Shown here: positions 8,218 to 18,337 of the stretch, piece after piece
How the letters are laid out: each line of letters opens with the position of its first letter
Numbering within the stretch: the stretch's first letter is position 1
From: an uncultured virus (IMG/VR IMGVR_UViG_3300037189_025323)
Taxonomy: Duplodnaviria > Heunggongvirae > Uroviricota > Caudoviricetes
Reading direction: 5' to 3' (one strand)
Length of the DNA: 64,000 nt
IMG/VR virus record: IMGVR_UViG_3300037189_025323
Coordinates: 1-64,000 of that record
Position numbers and translations under genes: made by a program
The notes under the pieces: generated by a model
Databases searched by the model: none
Seen by the model: the letters and a program-made list of their open reading frames with translations, nothing else
What the model was told of the DNA's origin: nothing

Positions 8218-10722
8218 TTATTTACAAAGTACATCTGCCCATTGTTCTGATACCTGACGAATATCAAAACTATTCTTTACAGTCTTCCTCGCCTCAATCA
8301 ACATCCCCTTCCGTTTCTCCTTATCATCCAACAACTCCTTTAATGCATTATACCACTCATTGTCATTCACCAACATCCCATCAACACCATTCCTAATCAC
8401 CGAGTAAGGAACACGATTAGAAGCAATCGTAGGAACACCTATCACCGTGTTCTCTAAATATTTTAAATTACTATTATGTGAAATAAAACCAGACAATACA
8501 AACTCTTCCCCCTGCACTTGAATATCAACGGGAGTAATTTCATACGGTTTTATTGAAACTATTTCATCAGACAATTCCATTGATCTAAAAGAATTTGAAT
8601 GTTTTTTTGACGATATAATATTCAACTTTTCTTTTTTCCGCTTTGACTTAAACCCAATCTCTCTTCTGAAAACATCTACAGCATCTCTTGCCAACGTTAT
8701 GTTAAAATAAGTTCTCTTGCACGTCTGACAAGAATGCGTTCTTTCAAAGAATCGAGACTTAATTCCAAATACCAACAGCAACCTATGAATGTCCATTAAA
8801 AAATCTCGACTTTTTGAGACAACGCTAACCGCGCATTGATAGCTTGTCCCGTCTGCTTCAAAATATCCAGACAAAAATTCAGCAATCACTGCTTTTGGTG
8901 AACTCCAAATAACGTCAGGAACCTTAACAACGCGAATCGGTACTCCATTTTCTCTGTATCGCAATAAACCCAAGCTTTCAAAAAACCGAGCAAGATGAGA
9001 ATTTGAAACTCGGACCCCACGCCGTCTTGTCGGTGTTCCATCAAAGGTTACAATTGATTCTGTATGAGGTGAAAATCCAAATTTTCTGAAGTCCTCCATC
9101 AGGAGGTCTATCCAATCTTGATCTATCCCATCACATGATATTTGCATTGTAGTTGATTGCCCAACAGAGCCATCCCCTACATATGCACCAAGTATCCTTC
9201 CCCATCTTGGCGTTATTTCTATTTTAGGACCATCTTCCGCTTTCAAAAAGGCGTATGGGTCAGATGGTCCATATCCTTTAAACCCTAACTTTCTCTTTCT
9301 TCCACCCTTATTCATTCTACTATCCGAAGGCCATGGGCAGACTACATTCTCCTTAACCGCCGAATCCTCAAAACTCATATCAATTTTATCTCCAATAACA
9401 AAATCTTTCGCAATCTTCCATTCACCCTCTACAGACATCCTATGCTCTTGAGAAAGACGCAAACAATATCCATGTTTTGTTACAATCTCCAATCCTTCTT
9501 TCTTTGAATCTATAAATACACCCTCTACTTTTTTCCAACCATCCCTCCACACCTTCATGTCTTTTTTTACATTCCCAATCTCTATAATTCCACAATCAGT
9601 TGATACTCTCATTGATGAGTCAACACATTTCCCATTGTTAAACTGAATATTGGTCAAAGGACAAATCCCAACCTCAGCACGAACATACTTGATCATCTGA
9701 TAATAAGTCTCAGGCTCACTAAAACCCATGTGCTCAACCCGAAGATTCATCCCCGGATTCCGATTCACCATCTCCATTACCACAGGAGGAAGATAACCCA
9801 ACAACACCAGCCGAACCCTCTCATCTTCCTTCATTATACCCTCAATTGCCTGAATACATACATGCCAATCCTCAGCATGACTCGTCCCACCCTGCCAGAA
9901 AATCCGCTTATACCCATCCGGACTCCCACACTCCTTAACAGAAGTCATCCCAACCAAATCCAAAGCATTAGGAATAACCTCAACCTTCCCCTTCGGACCA
10001 AGACCAGCCTGAATCATATCCTTAAGGTAATCAGTCGAAACTGTAACCACGTCAGCCAGCTTCATCGTCTCCAAAGCAGCAAACTGTTGATCCTTCTTGA
10101 TAATCTTTGCCGCTGGATTGTCCACAGGAATATTAAAAATGTCATCGTCAATATCATACACAATCCGCTTACCAGCTTTCTTCAGCTTCTCTAAAATGTA
10201 ATAAGCATCCCATTCATGAAACTTCTGAACAAAAATAGTGTCATATTCCAACAATGATTTAAAATCAACCTGAGCAGAAGTAATGTCCGCATACCATCCA
10301 TCCCGCTCAATAAACCTTGCCGGAAGCCGCATCCTCCAAAAACCACAACCATCATTATCCGATAACATCACTATGCCCTTCTTCCCGGCTCTTGTATCAG
10401 TCTTACGAGCATACAAAGACTGAGCCATACCAATCACCTTCAATACCTCAGTAGGAGAATTTAAACAACAAGACCCTCCATTCAAATCAATGTAATTCCC
10501 CTTAATCTCTTGAGAAATCTCATTGGCTAATTCAAAATCAGCAACGTGAATCTTAATAGAATCCCCGTTCAAAATAACATTAACAGCATCCTTATTCCTG
10601 CACCAATTTTTAAAATAAACAGCACCATATACCAACATGGTAGCTATTTTCGGAATCTCATTCTTCCGACTCTCAGCACTCATTACGGCAACACCATCGC
10701 CAATATTAATATCCATTATCAT
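8218..10722 (-). CDS. GT-B (GT4-like) glycosyltransferase containing an intein
   Basis: GCGFWRM, IVYDIDD, DVVTVST, VIPNALD, IFWQGGTSH motifs. After splicing it reads FNNGK/SNLKYLE..IGVPTIAS. Confidence 0.85.
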   Translation of the reverse strand: MIMDINIGDGVAVMSAESRKNEIPKIATMLVYGAVYFKNWCRNKDAVNVILNGDSIKIHVADFELANEISQEIKGNYIDLNGGSCCLNSPTEVLKVIGMAQSLYARKTDTRAGKKGIVMLSDNDGCGFWRMRLPARFIERDGWYADITSAQVDFKSLLEYDTIFVQKFHEWDAYYILEKLKKAGKRIVYDIDDDIFNIPVDNPAAKIIKKDQQFAALETMKLADVVTVSTDYLKDMIQAGLGPKGKVEVIPNALDLVGMTSVKECGSPDGYKRIFWQGGTSHAEDWHVCIQAIEGIMKEDERVRLVLLGYLPPVVMEMVNRNPGMNLRVEHMGFSEPETYYQMIKYVRAEVGICPLTNIQFNNGKCVDSSMRVSTDCGIIEIGNVKKDMKVWRDGWKKVEGVFIDSKKEGLEIVTKHGYCLRLSQEHRMSVEGEWKIAKDFVIGDKIDMSFEDSAVKENVVCPWPSDSRMNKGGRKRKLGFKGYGPSDPYAFLKAEDGPKIEITPRWGRILGAYVGDGSVGQSTTMQISCDGIDQDWIDLLMEDFRKFGFSPHTESIVTFDGTPTRRRGVRVSNSHLARFFESLGLLRYRENGVPIRVVKVPDVIWSSPKAVIAEFLSGYFEADGTSYQCAVSVVSKSRDFLMDIHRLLLVFGIKSRFFERTHSCQTCKRTYFNITLARDAVDVFRREIGFKSKRKKEKLNIISSKKHSNSFRSMELSDEIVSIKPYEITPVDIQVQGEEFVLSGFISHNSNLKYLENTVIGVPTIASNRVPYSVIRNGVDGMLVNDNEWYNALKELLDDKEKRKGMLIEARKTVKNSFDIRQVSEQWADVLCK
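8473..9627 (-). mobile_element. Intein (385 aa) with LAGLIDADG endonuclease in glycosyltransferase
   Basis: Starts CVDSSMRV, has block B LRLSQEHRM, LAGLIDADG-type blocks LGAYVGDG and LSGYFEADG, and ends FVLSGFISHN before a +1 Ser. Confidence 0.9.
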
Positions 10723-13004
10723 TTCTCCCCTTGATCAATCACAATCCTCATGGCAACAGGAGGAACCACCCTTGCCCCAACCTTAGCAATCCCAAATTTC
10801 TTATCCTCACAAGTCCTAAAAGTAATATTCGTTCCAACGTCCCTATGGATAATAACAAAACTTAAGGAATCACCCTCTTCAACCTTAATCGGGTCAAACA
10901 CCATCTTCCACCAAGTATTATCCTTCATCCCATGAGCAGAAATCTTCCCCTCTCTTACCTTCTCATTGTTTACATAAACCCGATAATCAGCACTATTCCT
11001 GACAAACTTCTGATAGGTTGCACCCAAAACATGCAACTCAGAAACTAAACCAAAAGGACAAGATGATAATTCCATCTTGAACTCAGCCAAAGGATAAATA
11101 GGACCAACAATCCCATCATCCGAAACTGACAAATTCCCTAAAACCCAATTAAATACTTTCTCAACAACAGTCTCTTTCACTGAATCAACAACGTCTTCCA
11201 TCTCTTCCTTAAAATCCACATCTGGTTTAGCACTCTCGACAACCCGACTCTTTACTGAAGTCAACTCAGCAAGCAATTCCTTTGCTATCTTTGATTCGTC
11301 ATATTCCCTTTCAATATCATCAAGAACGCTTTTACTCATATCCTTTAACAAATCTCTTTGTTGAAAAAGTAATAAAGTTTTTTCAACAAATTCTTCAGGA
11401 GTATTGGCAAACAAACCAGTAACGCCATCTTTAACAACATCAACAAAAGGTTGAATCTTCGTTACAATTAATGGAGTCCCAAGAGCACCAGCCTCAATAT
11501 ATTTAAGCTCAGACTTACACCTGAAAAACTCATCATCATCCTTCACGGGATTAATAACCACGTCCAACCCCAACTCCCGATATTTTGAATATAACCCCTT
11601 CCAATCTTCTAGCTCAAAATAATCCAACTCCTCAACCTTAATATTCTTTAACTTCCCAAGCCTATGCTTACCAAAACAAACAAACCTTACCTTCTCTTTA
11701 TTCAATGCCTTGTCCAAAAACTTCAAATAATCCCTTACAAAAAAATCCATCTCGTGTCTGTTAATACCAGTAAGCCACCCAATCACAAACTCATCAGATT
11801 TCGCAACCACACCATTAATAAATAAATCTTTCGCCTCTTTCCCTAAAAAATTCTTCCTGTAAATCTTCCTCTTGTTATCAGGAATTTTACTCAAGAGATA
11901 TTTACTCGGAGAAATAACCCCATCACACTCATCAATAAATAACTTTATTAAACCATTATCTTCTTCAATTATCTTGCAATCCGGCTGAAATATATAATCA
12001 TCAATGGAATAAAAAACGCTCTTACCTTCAGTCTTTAATTCTCTTAGCAAATTCAAAGAAGACTGATCATTTGTTCTATAAAAAATAACAGTATCAGAAT
12101 CCCTACAAACAGACTTCCCTTCTTCCGTTCTCACGTCAACAACAGAGACATTAATACCCTCTTCTTTTAATGCATTGGCAATATAAATAATATTCCAACG
12201 AGTTAAAACAGCATCATGTTCCGTAAAAGCAAAAACTAATTTATTCATCTTCTTCATCTCGCCTTTAAGCCTAACTGCCCTTTTGCCTCTTTGAATCAAC
12301 CTGATCTTTCTCAAATCATCAACAGAAAGTGCAACTGTAGATCCTATACTGTCTCCCTGTGAATGAAAACACTTCCCAATTACCCTCTCAAGACGAACTA
12401 CCTTAAATTGAGACCCAATTCTTACCCATAAGTCCCAATCACAAAGCCTTCTTAATAAAGGAGACTCATCATAACCACCTACACAATTTATTACATCTCT
12501 CTTCAAAATCACGGACAAATTACATAAATAATTCCCCTCATCCTTTAATTTCTCATAATTCCATGGCTCACCAAAACCTTCAACAGTAACTCCACTCCCT
12601 GTATTTATAAAATCAGCTAACCCATAAACCATCCCAACACTGTTATCTTTCCTAATCTCATCATAAAGATCCTGAACGCAATTCGGCAACCACATGTCAT
12701 CATCAAACATAAACAAGAAATAATTAGACTTCGCTAACTTCATCCCGTCATTATACCGAACAGCAGGCTTCCCCGAATTCTTCTCATGTCTTATATACCG
12801 AACCCTCTCATCCTGCTCCGCATACTCCCTGCAAATCCCCTCAGTCCCATCTTTCGATGCATCATCTATCAATATCAATTCCAAATCCCTGAACGTCTGA
12901 TTCAAAATGGAATCAATCGCTCTACATAAAAGATTAGAACAATGCTTGTCGCCATGATTCCGACTATATGTAGATAAAATAACTGAAACTTTTGGATAAT
13001 TCAT
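10719..13004 (-). CDS. Bifunctional GT2 + GT4-like glycosyltransferase
   Basis: VSVILSTY, LIDDASKD, FDDD and DWDLW (GT2). SIDDY and CKSELKYIEAGALGTP (GT-B). Extra C-terminal beta-rich domain. Confidence 0.85.
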   Translation of the reverse strand: MNYPKVSVILSTYSRNHGDKHCSNLLCRAIDSILNQTFRDLELILIDDASKDGTEGICREYAEQDERVRYIRHEKNSGKPAVRYNDGMKLAKSNYFLFMFDDDMWLPNCVQDLYDEIRKDNSVGMVYGLADFINTGSGVTVEGFGEPWNYEKLKDEGNYLCNLSVILKRDVINCVGGYDESPLLRRLCDWDLWVRIGSQFKVVRLERVIGKCFHSQGDSIGSTVALSVDDLRKIRLIQRGKRAVRLKGEMKKMNKLVFAFTEHDAVLTRWNIIYIANALKEEGINVSVVDVRTEEGKSVCRDSDTVIFYRTNDQSSLNLLRELKTEGKSVFYSIDDYIFQPDCKIIEEDNGLIKLFIDECDGVISPSKYLLSKIPDNKRKIYRKNFLGKEAKDLFINGVVAKSDEFVIGWLTGINRHEMDFFVRDYLKFLDKALNKEKVRFVCFGKHRLGKLKNIKVEELDYFELEDWKGLYSKYRELGLDVVINPVKDDDEFFRCKSELKYIEAGALGTPLIVTKIQPFVDVVKDGVTGLFANTPEEFVEKTLLLFQQRDLLKDMSKSVLDDIEREYDESKIAKELLAELTSVKSRVVESAKPDVDFKEEMEDVVDSVKETVVEKVFNWVLGNLSVSDDGIVGPIYPLAEFKMELSSCPFGLVSELHVLGATYQKFVRNSADYRVYVNNEKVREGKISAHGMKDNTWWKMVFDPIKVEEGDSLSFVIIHRDVGTNITFRTCEDKKFGIAKVGARVVPPVAMRIVIDQGEK

Positions 13005-13477
13005 TTTATATACTCGAAGAGCAATTCACTGCCCTTCTGCTCCTTCTCTATAAAACCATGTTTCTTATATAAACCAATCGCCCTGTCATTCCCTATATGT
13101 ACATAAAGAATTATCTTTTTCTCTGGCATGATCCCCTGAATAATCTTAACTAATTCACCCACCATAAAACTACCATAACCATTCCCTTGATAATCAGGAT
13201 GAATTACAAACCCAACCTCTATCGTATCCTTGTCAAAAAAATCATAAGCATGACAATATCCAACACGAATATCCCCATCAAATAAAATAAACATCCTCCT
13301 GTAATTCGGTACATTCTTTAATAACCATTCAGTGTGTACCTCAATAGAAACAGGAGGATTCCCAAACAAATACTTAATTATCTCAGGATGAGTCCTCGTC
13401 TCAAAAAGAAACCTAATATCATCCACAGTCCCAATGTTTATCTGATTTAATCTCAACATGATTTTACCATTAAACAA
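13001..13477 (-). CDS. GNAT N-acetyltransferase (PseH-like)
   Basis: IHPDYQGNGYG and NDRAIGLYKKHGF motifs. Adjacent to a sugar aminotransferase. Confidence 0.85.
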   Translation of the reverse strand: MFNGKIMLRLNQINIGTVDDIRFLFETRTHPEIIKYLFGNPPVSIEVHTEWLLKNVPNYRRMFILFDGDIRVGYCHAYDFFDKDTIEVGFVIHPDYQGNGYGSFMVGELVKIIQGIMPEKKIILYVHIGNDRAIGLYKKHGFIEKEQKGSELLFEYIK

Positions 13478-14595
13478 ATTTCAGCAACATCAGAACAACT
13501 CAAACCAAGATGATTCGGTAAACTAATTATATGCCTACTCTTCTCCTCAATATTCTTACACAACGAATGATCATATTCACTAAAAACAGGAAATTTGTAA
13601 TTCGGTAAATAATGAACCCCAGGAGCAACGCCATTTACTTTCAATGCCCCGATCATCTTGTCCCTATCCGATACACAAGCAACTAATAAATGATGAGAAC
13701 TCCCATTCTCATGCTCAACCAACATCCCTTCCCCTAATCTTTCCTTATATCTCTCATATAACCAAACCCGATAAGCATTGTCTCTATCTAACTGATCCAA
13801 CTGCACAAGCCCGATAGCAGCAGCAATGTCATTTCCATTGTATTTCCACCCCAACTCTGATACGTCATAAGACCATTTATAAAGCTCATTGATGCTCCCC
13901 TCCGTCCTCGCATACGTACTCTTGTCTATCCCTAGCCAGGATAGCTTCCTAGCCCGATTCTCCATGCCCCTATCAGGTACACTTAACATCCCACCATCCA
14001 TGATCGGCATGTTCTTTACACTATGAAAACTAAAAGCTGCAATCGTATCAACCCGAGATCCAACCCTATCCCCATTCTGGTAAAATGCCCCAGCAGCATG
14101 AGCACAATCCTCAATAACTGGAATCCCCTTCCCTTTAGCATATTCCATCATCTTATAAAAATCAGAAGAAACGTTTCCTCCATAATGAACCCAGATCACA
14201 GCCTTCGCCTTCTTCTTCTCAATCGCATACCTTACACTCTCGTAACTTAAACTTAAATCATTACCACAATCACAAAAAATCGGACGCAAACCCTCATACA
14301 CAATCGCCGCATTCGTAGAAACAAATGTTAATGGTGTAGTAGCAACACCGTCCCCACTCTTTAAATCCAATAACCTAACCGCAATATGTAAAGCAGCAGT
14401 AGCAGAACTTACAAAAATACTCTGATTGCATTTCCTTCCAGTAAACTCATCCCATTTCTTCTCAAACTCACTACACTTCGGACCCTGACCAGTCCAACCT
14501 GACTCCAATACCGAACGAATAGACTTAAGACAAGACTCAACATCATATTTCGGCTGGAAAAGCTGAATTACCTTAGACATATAAAAACCCCTCAA
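13453..14595 (-). CDS. DegT/DnrJ/EryC1/StrS sugar aminotransferase
   Basis: SSATAALH, TFVST, IEDCAHA and FSFHSVKNM..DGG motifs. Confidence 0.92.
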   Translation of the reverse strand: MRGFYMSKVIQLFQPKYDVESCLKSIRSVLESGWTGQGPKCSEFEKKWDEFTGRKCNQSIFVSSATAALHIAVRLLDLKSGDGVATTPLTFVSTNAAIVYEGLRPIFCDCGNDLSLSYESVRYAIEKKKAKAVIWVHYGGNVSSDFYKMMEYAKGKGIPVIEDCAHAAGAFYQNGDRVGSRVDTIAAFSFHSVKNMPIMDGGMLSVPDRGMENRARKLSWLGIDKSTYARTEGSINELYKWSYDVSELGWKYNGNDIAAAIGLVQLDQLDRDNAYRVWLYERYKERLGEGMLVEHENGSSHHLLVACVSDRDKMIGALKVNGVAPGVHYLPNYKFPVFSEYDHSLCKNIEEKSRHIISLPNHLGLSCSDVAEICLMVKSC

Positions 14596-14870
14596 ATCAT
14601 TTTATTGTCCATCATATACGCAATGATAGCCCCAGCCTCTTCTAATAACTTCCCATCATGTGTCATCAACAACGGTGCATACTTATCAACTAAACCATAT
14701 CTATCAAGTAAATCTCTTCCACCATCAACTGTTAATGTATTAAATACAAAAAGCCTCTGTCCATCTTTTCCAAAAAATTTATCAGACTCAATTAAACCCC
14801 AATTCAAATGAGCCTTGATCGTGGCACAAGAAGGACAATTCTTAACCAGAAATAACCGGTCCACTTTCAT
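14592..14870 (-). CDS. Glutaredoxin/thioredoxin-like protein
   Basis: CPSC motif and a cis-Pro-like YAPLL segment. Confidence 0.6.
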   Translation of the reverse strand: MKVDRLFLVKNCPSCATIKAHLNWGLIESDKFFGKDGQRLFVFNTLTVDGGRDLLDRYGLVDKYAPLLMTHDGKLLEEAGAIIAYMMDNKMI

Positions 14871-15072
14871 CTACTAACTCCTTCTTCACATAATTTCGAC
14901 ATAATTGCCGTCTGCAATATATATCAGCCTGTAATTCCCTCATGCCTTCTAAACAGGAAATCACATAAAACCGCTTCATTACCCCACAACAACCCTTAAC
15001 CTTATCCCTTACAACACTCCCGTAATTCTTACACTCAACCTCACCCTTATATAAAGTATCTATCACTTCCAT
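14842..15072 (-). CDS. Small Cys-rich hypothetical protein
   Basis: Overlapping operonic ORF. Confidence 0.5.
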   Translation of the reverse strand: MEVIDTLYKGEVECKNYGSVVRDKVKGCCGVMKRFYVISCLEGMRELQADIYCRRQLCRNYVKKELVDESGPVISG

Positions 15073-15410
15073 GAAATGTCTTTCTTTATTACCTTCTTCA
15101 ATTTCTCATTCAAAACTTTATGATCCATAAAAGCATGCTTTAAAATGCAACCCTTAAATGCCTTACTAAACTCTGCCATCTCTTTTAACTCAGGAAACTC
15201 CTTCAATGACTCAGCACTTTTAGTCGAACCTTTTATCGCCTCTAAAAAAACATTCACAGCATTATTATATTTCTTCGATTCTTCAAAAAACTTCAATACA
15301 CTTGATTCTAGTTTTATGCTCTTAACCTCATCCTGCAACCCCAATGAATCATCTAACTTACTCTCAACCTTTGTCGATAAACGAGAATCTTTTAACGAAT
15401 TCAAAGACAA
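15063..15410 (-). CDS. Hypothetical protein
   Basis: Operonic ORF, predicted helical. Confidence 0.6.
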   Translation of the reverse strand: MSLNSLKDSRLSTKVESKLDDSLGLQDEVKSIKLESSVLKFFEESKKYNNAVNVFLEAIKGSTKSAESLKEFPELKEMAEFSKAFKGCILKHAFMDHKVLNEKLKKVIKKDISWK

Positions 15411-15422
15411 CCACCCTTACGT

Positions 15423-16010
15423 TTAATTGCAAATCTTCTCAACTACTCTATTAAATTTCGCAACCTTTAATGAATCACTCCCCCAACCACATAAATCAAT
15501 ATAAGTCCTATCCCCATAGGAAGTAGAAAAAATCATCGTGTCAAACAAAATCTCAACACCACGAAAAACATTACACATATATCTCTCATAATAATGTGGA
15601 TCATCTTCCCGCTGATTCAAATAAGCTATCGTGATATGAGGCTTAAACCCTTGATAAAAATCAGTATGCTTTAACTTTGAACACACTACCTTGTACATCT
15701 CTTCTAACTTAGAACTCTCAATGTCAATCTTTAATACAATATAATCAGCATTGTTAAATACAGTAACCCCACCCAATACAGCCGGTATCATATCAAAACC
15801 CTTCAACACACCCCTTACCTCATCCGGATTACTTGTGTGCAACCCATATTTTACAGTACAATGAATCTCATCACTTCTACCATGCTCTTCGTCATCTAGT
15901 AAATAAATATCATCATCAGGTATCGCAAAAGAAAAAGCACTTACCCTTGCAGCTATATGCTCAGGTACCAATGCCATCAAACAACTATGACTATATGCTG
16001 TGAAATCCAT
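15423..16010 (-). CDS. 2H phosphoesterase (Acb1/T4 gp57B-like)
   Basis: Two HxT motifs: HCTVKYG and PHITIAY. Confidence 0.75.
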   Translation of the reverse strand: MDFTAYSHSCLMALVPEHIAARVSAFSFAIPDDDIYLLDDEEHGRSDEIHCTVKYGLHTSNPDEVRGVLKGFDMIPAVLGGVTVFNNADYIVLKIDIESSKLEEMYKVVCSKLKHTDFYQGFKPHITIAYLNQREDDPHYYERYMCNVFRGVEILFDTMIFSTSYGDRTYIDLCGWGSDSLKVAKFNRVVEKICN

Positions 16011-16013
16011 TAC

Positions 16014-16532
16014 TCACCCTTCAAGCAAAGAAGAAATACGCCTAATCTCTGAAAACACCATCTTGTCATTATACCCAAAATCAGCAACTCTATCTACTAA
16101 ACTCGCCCATACCGTAATAACTCTTGCCTCAGCAGGATTACTCTTCGTATCAAAATCAACTACCATCGTCCCAGTCCCAGGCTCCTTAAACTGCACCTTC
16201 TTATGCTCAGGTACCCTTAAGTGATCTTTCAGTCTCTCTACTATCGTCTGATTAACCTTCTCAGGAGATACATCCCTCAACTCACTCCGGTACTCAGCAT
16301 GAGAACTCCAATCAATCTCTACATCCCTCTTCTTCGATAAAGGAAGCTCATCGCCATAATCAACATCCCTATACAAAACCTCTGAATCCCTTAAACTCAA
16401 ATCCTTCCTGTCATCTTTCGTTTCATTATAATCAATTACTTTCTCCTTCATCTCATCACGCATCGTAGGATTGCGAATAGTAGTGTCTATCCGCTTTAAT
16501 ACATCCTCTACCCTTGATCTTATCCTTCTCAT
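16014..16532 (-). CDS. Hypothetical protein
   Basis: Operonic ORF. The WSSHAEYR...VITVW segment hints at a small RelE/DUF4258-like fold. Confidence 0.6.
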   Translation of the reverse strand: MRRIRSRVEDVLKRIDTTIRNPTMRDEMKEKVIDYNETKDDRKDLSLRDSEVLYRDVDYGDELPLSKKRDVEIDWSSHAEYRSELRDVSPEKVNQTIVERLKDHLRVPEHKKVQFKEPGTGTMVVDFDTKSNPAEARVITVWASLVDRVADFGYNDKMVFSEIRRISSLLEG

Positions 16533-16539
16533 ATTCTTA

Positions 16540-16986
16540 TTACCTCATCCTTCGGCTTTTTAAAACAGGAACAATTCTAGCTAATATGTTTAAACCGCCT
16601 ACTCTTTTCATCGGAGGACAACTATCACAAGCAATTTTCTTCGTAACATAACTTATCCCTAACCCGGACATCTCATGATAACCAGAAGCTAAAGCATCAT
16701 CGGCTAATTCCATTACCTCATCACATAACCATTTCTCAATCCCACTCAACTCCTGACCATTCCTATCAACAGCATCCTTAAACCCTATTATATCCATCCA
16801 TTCCCCAACGTCCTCATACCCTAAATAATCTAAAACATTGCCCCAAACCTCTTTTAGCTCGTTCTCAGATAAAGGAACACCAGTCCCATCAATCAATCTC
16901 TCTACCTGACACACAGGAGCTAACTCCATTGCCAATCTCATCGCTATCTTATTAGAGTTCATAAAAAAATTCCTAATCAAAATCAC
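16540..16986 (-). CDS. Hypothetical protein
   Basis: Operonic ORF, likely start MNSNKIAMRLA. Confidence 0.6.
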   Translation of the reverse strand: MILIRNFFMNSNKIAMRLAMELAPVCQVERLIDGTGVPLSENELKEVWGNVLDYLGYEDVGEWMDIIGFKDAVDRNGQELSGIEKWLCDEVMELADDALASGYHEMSGLGISYVTKKIACDSCPPMKRVGGLNILARIVPVLKSRRMR

Positions 16987-18295
16987 TTAAATAATCAGAC
17001 TGACTCCAACCTTTATCTGTCTCAACCCAATAACTCCCAGGTGGTCTATTATCATGATTCGGATCGTGTCTATATGGAGACTTATCCTTAGCCAATAACC
17101 TCTTTACACGCCGCAACTCACTAGCCAATAACTTCCTCTTGAAACACTCATCAATATCCAATGACACTTTCGTATTCTCAGTGTCCTTTACAGGAATGTC
17201 TGTGTAAAAATTATCAGCATCAGGTGTTTCCTTCCAACCCTTCCCGCTACAATGCTTACCCCTGTGCTCCCCAGTAGTAAATACCATCGTATTCCTACCC
17301 TTCAAACTGTGCAATACACTATCCTGATTGTATTTCTGTCCTAATCTGTTCACCGTCTTCATCACATGCTTATCATTTACACCATTATGATGAACCATGT
17401 AATTCCTTGCCGTCTTCTCGTCAAAATCTTTCTCGTAATTGTGCAATACCATAAAACTCGGCTCAAGACTGTCATAAACTCCAACAACCTCTGTATACTT
17501 CACACCGGATTTCTCTAAATCATCCCTTAATGCCAAAGTCCTATCATGAAAATAACTGTCAGTCGGTTGCATCTTCGACTCTTTCTCATCCCGATAATTC
17601 CTACCAGCAGATAAAATGCTGTAATGACCATCATCTAAGGTCTTCTTTAAATCTTCTTTCTTTAACTTCACCCGATGAGATAACTCCTCATCCTTTAAAT
17701 GCTGTACAACCTTCGGCTTCTCTTCCTCATGATTCTGCTCAACATGACTACCACCAGATTCCCCTACCCCAGAATCCTCTTTATTCGTACTCCATCCATG
17801 GCCAGTCTCTTTCCAACCAGGACCCTCAGGCTTGTGCTTATGCTCCGGATCATACTCATACTTCGTATCAGCTAATACCCTGCTCGAAATCAAATTCCGT
17901 CTGCTACTCATTGCCACCGTACCCTTATCCCCTGGCAAATAACTACATTCCTCACAAGCCAATCTCGATGCAATCATATCACAAGCAATGCGAGAAGCTA
18001 AACTGGCAGCAAATGGCATTACACTACTATCAACCATCTCTCCCATATAACCCAACACCTTATTCGTTACCCTCATTAAATCATGATCAATTATCCGTTT
18101 CCCTTCCACTATGCTCTCCCATACCTCCCGATCACCCTTATAACTAATCTCAATCACCTTACCTGAAAAAATATTCTTTAATCTCACATACCCACCACTC
18201 ACACCACCAATATCACGAACTAATGGATTATAACCAACAACATGCCAATCACCAAACTCCATACCCTTGTGAAACTTAATTGCCTGCCTGTCCAT
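16973..18295 (-). CDS. Modular hypothetical protein with DUF3293-like central domain and two YxxDPxH..P..W.ET..GWS repeats
   Basis: YSILSA..., GVY..LEPSF and LGQKYNQDSVL segments. The duplicated motif lies at about 17003-17074 and 17791-17860. Confidence 0.6.
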   Translation of the reverse strand: MDRQAIKFHKGMEFGDWHVVGYNPLVRDIGGVSGGYVRLKNIFSGKVIEISYKGDREVWESIVEGKRIIDHDLMRVTNKVLGYMGEMVDSSVMPFAASLASRIACDMIASRLACEECSYLPGDKGTVAMSSRRNLISSRVLADTKYEYDPEHKHKPEGPGWKETGHGWSTNKEDSGVGESGGSHVEQNHEEEKPKVVQHLKDEELSHRVKLKKEDLKKTLDDGHYSILSAGRNYRDEKESKMQPTDSYFHDRTLALRDDLEKSGVKYTEVVGVYDSLEPSFMVLHNYEKDFDEKTARNYMVHHNGVNDKHVMKTVNRLGQKYNQDSVLHSLKGRNTMVFTTGEHRGKHCSGKGWKETPDADNFYTDIPVKDTENTKVSLDIDECFKRKLLASELRRVKRLLAKDKSPYRHDPNHDNRPPGSYWVETDKGWSQSDYLSDFD

Positions 18296-18312
18296 ATGAA
18301 ACTCCCTAGTGC

Positions 18313-18337
18313 TTTATACACTATCCCAAATATAAAA
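18313..18337 (-). promoter_or_regulatory. TTTTATAT-N11-TATAAA candidate promoter
   Basis: Matches 7720-7744 and lies upstream of the operon head at 18295. Confidence 0.45.
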
